64,000 bases of DNA from Fimbriimonas ginsengisoli Gsoil 348. GTDB lineage: Bacteria > Armatimonadota > Fimbriimonadia > Fimbriimonadales > Fimbriimonadaceae. Shown here piece by piece: positions 59,267 to 64,000 of the stretch. Position numbers and translations under genes: made by a program. Every line of letters begins with the position of its first letter. Positions within the stretch are counted from its first letter, which is position 1. A model generated the notes under the pieces. It did no database searches. It was not told where the DNA came from and was given only the letters and a program-made list of their open reading frames with translations. The stretch covers positions 1,498 to 65,497 of the forward strand of contig CAMCVK010000012.1 in the NCBI GenBank assembly GCA_945881865.1, written 5' to 3'.

Positions 59267-60058
59267 ATGCAATTCAAACCAACCCACTTTTTCCTTGGTG
59301 CCATTATCGTCACGGCTCTTGCCTGCGGTGGCGGTAGCAGTTCGCCCGATCTCAGCGCCAAGAAGCGCTCGTACACCCCGATCAACCTGACGTACGACAA
59401 CACGACCGTCGACATCAAGATCAACGGCGCGGACATTCTCAACTCGGCAAGCGCGCCGCTCGGCAAGGGCCTCGTCGCATGGCCGGCAACGAGTGCACTC
59501 GTTCCGAGCTTCCGGACCACTTCGCCCGCGACTCCGGCCGGCCAGGTGAGCTACGAAATCAAGAAGACCGGCGGAGCGGTCCTCACTCTGCCGACGGCAA
59601 AGGCACTACATACTCAGGCAGATCGACAGTTGTTCGTGATCACCGGAACCGAGAGCGCGATTCGCGGATTCTTCATTCCGTTCCTCGTCCCGGATGATTC
59701 GAATCCGGTCGCGGTTCTCAGCGTGGCCATGCTGGCAGCGCCATCCAACCCCAGTTCATCGAGTATTGACGTCCACTTGACCGCCCGGGGTGCAGCTCCA
59801 ACGGCCGCCACGAAGGTGATCACGGGGATCCAGGATTCGTCTTCGCCGACGTCAACTAGCCCCTTCGGCTACAAGTTCATCGCGGCCGCTGATGCGGGTG
59901 CGAAGGACGTCGTCATTACGCCGAAAGACACCTTGGGCGTTGTTCTTCGAAACAACATCACCATCAGGAAAAACTTCAATCACTTCATCATCCTCAGCCG
60001 ATTCAATGGTAATCCGGCGCTCTACAGCTACGACTACGAGTACTGGAACCTTCCGTAA
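59267..60058 (+). CDS. DUF4397-like lipoprotein, tandem copy 4
   Basis: Paralog ending YSYDYEYWNLP. Confidence 0.8.
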   Translation: MQFKPTHFFLGAIIVTALACGGGSSSPDLSAKKRSYTPINLTYDNTTVDIKINGADILNSASAPLGKGLVAWPATSALVPSFRTTSPATPAGQVSYEIKKTGGAVLTLPTAKALHTQADRQLFVITGTESAIRGFFIPFLVPDDSNPVAVLSVAMLAAPSNPSSSSIDVHLTARGAAPTAATKVITGIQDSSSPTSTSPFGYKFIAAADAGAKDVVITPKDTLGVVLRNNITIRKNFNHFIILSRFNGNPALYSYDYEYWNLP

Positions 60059-60073
60059 GGGACGTCTAGTCTT

Positions 60074-60103
60074 GCCCCCGCCGGTTTCGGCGGGGGCTTT
60101 TTT
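60074..60103 (+). terminator. Rho-independent terminator
   Basis: GCCCCCGCCG-GTTT-CGGCGGGGGC-T6. Confidence 0.92.
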
Positions 60104-60105
60104 GT

Positions 60106-60552
60106 ATGCCTACCCTTCATCTCATGTGCGGATTGCCCTGCGCGGGAAAGACGACCCTCGCGAAGCGGCTTGAGATCGAGTACAACGCGTTACGCCTGAC
60201 GCCGGACGAGTGGCACATCGCATTGTTTGGCCCGGAGCCGGACGACGAGCGGCACACCCAGATTGAAGGGGTGATGTGGACCGTTGCCGCGCGAGTTCTC
60301 CAAATGGGCCAGGACGTCATCCTGGATTTTGGTTTTTGGTCCCGCGAGGAGCGGGACGACTTCCGCGCCCGGGCGGCCGCCCTCGGAGCAGACTGCCGTG
60401 TGCACTACCTGCACGCTACACTACAAACTCTCCAACAGCGGGCCATTGAGAGAAACGCCCAGCTTCCGGACCACACGTTTGAAGTGGGTCCGGAAGAGCT
60501 TGCCGACTGGTTCTGCCGGTTCGAGGCCCCGACCGACAACGAACTGGGTTAA
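60106..60552 (+). CDS. P-loop kinase / AAA_33 family protein
   Basis: LHLMCGLPCAGKTT Walker A, LTPDEW, VILDFGFWSREER. Confidence 0.85.
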   Translation: MPTLHLMCGLPCAGKTTLAKRLEIEYNALRLTPDEWHIALFGPEPDDERHTQIEGVMWTVAARVLQMGQDVILDFGFWSREERDDFRARAAALGADCRVHYLHATLQTLQQRAIERNAQLPDHTFEVGPEELADWFCRFEAPTDNELG

Positions 60553-63398
60553 CCCTTCGGCGGAACGAGCTCGAAGCCCATGTTTCGGCCTTTGTCTTTC
60601 GCCGGAACACCCTTCGCCATCCATTCCGGCATTGGGGTTGCCATCAGATAGTGGTCGAAGAACTGCTTCATGCGGATCGAAAGGTCCTTGCGGTTCTTCC
60701 GCTGAATCAAGTTATGGTCCTCATCGTTGTACACGACCAGCCAAGATGGCTTGCCGAGGCGGCGCAGCGCGGTGAAGTACTCGATGCTCTGCGTGTAGGG
60801 AACCGCGCCGTCCTTGTCGTTATGCATGATCATCAGCGGCGTCTTCACCTTATCGGCAAAGAAGATCGGCGAGTTTTCGATGTAGCGGAGCGTGCTGTTC
60901 CATGGCGTTCCGCCGATTCGGCTCTGCTGCCGCTCGTATTGGAACTGCCGCACCAGGCCCGACCCGTAGCGGATGCCGCCGTAGGCCGAGAACATGTTGG
61001 AAACCGGGGCGCCGGCTTCGGCGGCAGCAAACATATCCGTCTCCGTGACCATGTAGGCCACCTGGTATCCGCCCCAGCTTTGGCCCTGAATGCCGAGCCG
61101 CTTGGGGTCCACGTAGCCGCGATCGACGATGGAATTCACGCCGCTGACGATGGCGCTGATCGCGCTCTCGCCCGGGTAGCCGACCTTGTACGGGATGTCT
61201 GGCACGAAGACGACGTAGCCGTTGCTGCAATACAACGGAATGTTGACCGTGGAAGCCGACGGAGCCGGCACTCGGTGGGCGAACAGGCCGTCGCTGTCGC
61301 GCTCGTAGAAGTACGTGATCATCGGATACTTCTTCGCGTAGTCGAAGTTCTCCGGCTTGTAGAGCATGCCGTCCAGCTTTACGCCGTCGGCGCTTCGCCA
61401 CGAAACGAGTTCGACAGTGAGCCAGTTGAAGTCCTTCTGCTGCGGATTCGCATCGGTGAGGAGGATCGGCTTCTCAAAGTTGAGGTTCGAAACCCAAAGG
61501 TTCGGGTACTCGGTGACCGTTTCCTGCGAGAACAGGACCGTGTCCGAGACTCGGCCGGTCGATACGAGCGTGTACGCCTTTGGCCCGGAAAGCAGCGTTT
61601 TGAGGCCGCCTTTCTCGAGCCGCGCGATGCCGCGCTGCTTCGTTTGATCGCTAAAAGTGGCGAGCATCAGAGAGTCCAGCGACTGGATCTCCGGCTTCTC
61701 GGGGTCGATGATGATTCGGCTAAACGACGTGCCGCTTAGGCGACCAAAGGTTAGCTGCTTGGGCTTCGCCTTTCCGGTCGGATCGACCGCCCAAAGGTCG
61801 TACTTGTCCTTCAGGATCACGCGATCTTCGTTGGCCGTCCATCCTTGCGTGCCGTAGGAAGGCGGTGCATCCGGGTGGTCGTCGTCGAGGTCGAAGAGCG
61901 GGGTCGGAATGGTCGCCTGATGCTCGACGGACGTTCGCTTGCCGTCCGTGCTGATCGTGGTCACCGTCTTGGCGAACTCGTCGATGACGACGGCGTACTT
62001 GCCGGTCGGGCTCATCGAGACCGCGCCCCGGAGTTTGGTCGCGATCTGGTTTCTCGTGCCGGTCTTCACGTCCACCAAGAAAGCGTCTTCGTACTGACCG
62101 TCCCAAGACATCAGCTGCCGGTAGGGAAGGTTCGTCTCGGCAAGGGCCACATCGCCGTCGCCTTTGTCGGCGATCACCAGCGAGGGGAGCTCTGGCGATT
62201 CCAGCTGGGTCGTCTTTCCGCTTTCGGGTTCAAAGATCGCGTCGTACGTGCGCTCGCGCTCGGTCCTGGCCTGCAACAACTGCTGCGGCTGAAGCACCGG
62301 GTCCTGCCAGCTCCAAACGTCCACGGCGACCTTTTCGTCATCCGGAACTTCTTTGTCTTCGACCGGCTTTGGTCCGATGGGGAAAAACAAACGACGGCCT
62401 TTTTCCGACCAGCGCACCGAGCCGAACTCCGAGACGACAAAGTTCGTCGGGTTCTTCGGTTCGGTAATGCGCGTCAGCTTTTCCGACTTGGGATCGAAGA
62501 GATACAGCGACTGGGCCGGCTTCTTGGCCGCGTAATCGTCCTTGTCCGTCGTGAAGGCGAGTCGCTTGGAGCTTGCATCCAGCACCAGCCGGGCGTATCG
62601 CCCAAGGCCCTTTGCGGCGACCTTTGTGTTGCCGGTGCTCAGTTCGCGCCATTCGACGCGGTCGTTCGCGCCGTCCTTCTCGCTGATGGACAGCGCGATG
62701 ACGCTGCCGTCCCTGCTCCAGGCAAAGCTGGCCAGGTTCTCGATCTTGGATTCTTGGCCGTTCGCCAGGTTCAGCAGTTGGAAGGTTTGTCCTGGCCGGT
62801 GGTCGTCCTTTTTCTTCGGTGCCTTGTCGTCTTTCTTCGGCTCCGCTGCTTTTGGCTCCGCTGCTTTTGGCTCCGCTGGCCTGGGCTCCGCTGCTTTGGG
62901 TTCAGCGGGCTTTGGCTCGGGCGGCTTAGGTGCTTCTTTCGCCGGCTCTAATCGGTAAAGCAGATAGTTCGAACCTTCGGGGGCGAAGCTCACGCTCGCG
63001 ACCTTCTCGATGGTCCGCACCTTCGACGTCGTCAGATCGACGAGAACCAGGTTGTTCTTCGGCTGATCTTCCGGCTTCACCTTGTCGCGGCGGGCTTTTC
63101 GGGCCTCAAGGAACGCCGGAACCTGCGTGCCAAAGGCAAACTTGCTGTCCCGGGTAATCGTCCAGGAAGTCAGCCGGGGAACCTTAATCGTTCCGCTGCC
63201 GTCCGCACGGCGAATCTCCGCTTCGCTGTCGCCCTCCTGCGGACGATAGACGTAACCAACCCAGCGGCCATCCCTCGAGACCACCGGGCTCGCAATGCTT
63301 CGCCAACCGTCATACACCGATGCATCGAGCGGCTTCTTGTCGCCCCCAAATGCCAACGCCGCGATGAGAATCGCGCCGGCCCCCAACCAATATCGCAT
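60549..63398 (-). CDS. Secreted S9 prolyl oligopeptidase family protein
   Basis: Signal peptide, GQSWGGY, NDKDGAV, DEDH. Paralog of 43218-45956. Confidence 0.9.
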   Translation of the reverse strand: MRYWLGAGAILIAALAFGGDKKPLDASVYDGWRSIASPVVSRDGRWVGYVYRPQEGDSEAEIRRADGSGTIKVPRLTSWTITRDSKFAFGTQVPAFLEARKARRDKVKPEDQPKNNLVLVDLTTSKVRTIEKVASVSFAPEGSNYLLYRLEPAKEAPKPPEPKPAEPKAAEPRPAEPKAAEPKAAEPKKDDKAPKKKDDHRPGQTFQLLNLANGQESKIENLASFAWSRDGSVIALSISEKDGANDRVEWRELSTGNTKVAAKGLGRYARLVLDASSKRLAFTTDKDDYAAKKPAQSLYLFDPKSEKLTRITEPKNPTNFVVSEFGSVRWSEKGRRLFFPIGPKPVEDKEVPDDEKVAVDVWSWQDPVLQPQQLLQARTERERTYDAIFEPESGKTTQLESPELPSLVIADKGDGDVALAETNLPYRQLMSWDGQYEDAFLVDVKTGTRNQIATKLRGAVSMSPTGKYAVVIDEFAKTVTTISTDGKRTSVEHQATIPTPLFDLDDDHPDAPPSYGTQGWTANEDRVILKDKYDLWAVDPTGKAKPKQLTFGRLSGTSFSRIIIDPEKPEIQSLDSLMLATFSDQTKQRGIARLEKGGLKTLLSGPKAYTLVSTGRVSDTVLFSQETVTEYPNLWVSNLNFEKPILLTDANPQQKDFNWLTVELVSWRSADGVKLDGMLYKPENFDYAKKYPMITYFYERDSDGLFAHRVPAPSASTVNIPLYCSNGYVVFVPDIPYKVGYPGESAISAIVSGVNSIVDRGYVDPKRLGIQGQSWGGYQVAYMVTETDMFAAAEAGAPVSNMFSAYGGIRYGSGLVRQFQYERQQSRIGGTPWNSTLRYIENSPIFFADKVKTPLMIMHNDKDGAVPYTQSIEYFTALRRLGKPSWLVVYNDEDHNLIQRKNRKDLSIRMKQFFDHYLMATPMPEWMAKGVPAKDKGRNMGFELVPPKG
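62839..62928 (-). repeat. Six-unit 15-bp coding tandem repeat (PKAAE-like linker)
   Basis: GGCTCCGCTGCTTTT x2 perfect plus four degenerate units, encoding KPPEPKPAEPKAAEPRPAEPKAAEPKAAEP. Confidence 0.85.
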
Positions 63399-63491
63399 GC
63401 ATTGAACTTACATCAAAAACGGCCGCCGTAGTTTCCAATCTGGTTGGAAGTGCATCCGCCGCGATGAAAACCGGCGGTACCCTAGTCGCAA

Positions 63492-64000
63492 ATGTCGCTT
63501 GCCAATAAGATCGCCGATTTCGCCACCACTCTCGACTACGAAGACCTGACCCCGGCGGCCATCCACGAGGTGAAGCGACGAACCATCGACAGCTTTGCCT
63601 GCGCGATGGGTGCCTGGACGGCCGAGCCGGCGCGAATTGCCCGCCACCTGGCAATGTTCTCCACCAGCGAGCTTGGAGCCACGGTCATCGGAACGCGACA
63701 CAAAACGACGCCGGACCAGGCGGCCTTCGCGAACGGCGTGCAGATTCGCTACCTCGACTACAACGACACGTACCTCAGCAAGGAGCCTGCTCACCCTTCC
63801 GACAACCTCGCCGCGATCTTCGCGATCGGCCAGGCGTTCGAGCTCACGGGCCAGGACGCGATCCTCGGCGCGGTCATCGCCTACGAGATTCAGTGCCGAC
63901 TCTGCGACGCCTACAGCATCCGCAGCCGAGGTTGGGATCACGTCACGTACGGCGCGTTCTCGACGGTTGCCGGTTCGGGCGCGATGCTCGGCTTCGATGA
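63492..64000 (+). CDS. prpD: MmgE/PrpD family (2-methylcitrate dehydratase), partial
   Basis: Manual translation MSLANKIADFA...KRRTIDSFAC...AAFANG..IRYLDYNDTY.SKEPAHPSDN...AYEI...RGWDHVT. Runs off the window end. Confidence 0.9.
   Translation, partial: MSLANKIADFATTLDYEDLTPAAIHEVKRRTIDSFACAMGAWTAEPARIARHLAMFSTSELGATVIGTRHKTTPDQAAFANGVQIRYLDYNDTYLSKEPAHPSDNLAAIFAIGQAFELTGQDAILGAVIAYEIQCRLCDAYSIRSRGWDHVTYGAFSTVAGSGAMLGFD

Overview
High-GC bacterial chromosome segment from a diderm. The PEP-CTERM protein, lipoproteins, secretin and RHS style suggest Armatimonadota/Fimbriimonadia, but that assignment is an inference. Left end (1-4.2 kb): an accessory array of three N-terminally truncated RHS cores, each with a different hydrophobic ~100-116 aa C-terminal domain and a translationally coupled small putative immunity ORF, capped by a vapBC pair. 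The middle is mostly housekeeping. It includes groES/groEL with a CIRCE element and a four-helix-bundle (IVS/Avd-like) gene inserted between complementary flanks, followed by a DUF2971+DUF4145 islet, a REP-like hairpin cluster, a TMEM175 gene split by a single TAG, merR/AKR, a lipoprotein serpin, an E2 acyltransferase and mutM. Next is a gspEFGHIJKLMCD type II secretion operon with FG/NQ-rich low-complexity inserts and an apparent ATT start in gspH. It is followed by S9 peptidases, purD, purB, SRAP and pdhAB. Near the right end is a four-copy tandem array of mosaic DUF4397-like lipoproteins, each with its own sigma70 promoter and terminator and a near-invariant C-terminal YSYDY(K/E)YWNLP strand. 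I found no rRNA, tRNA, CRISPR, integrase or intact transposase. All family assignments come from motif recognition by eye, not from database searches.
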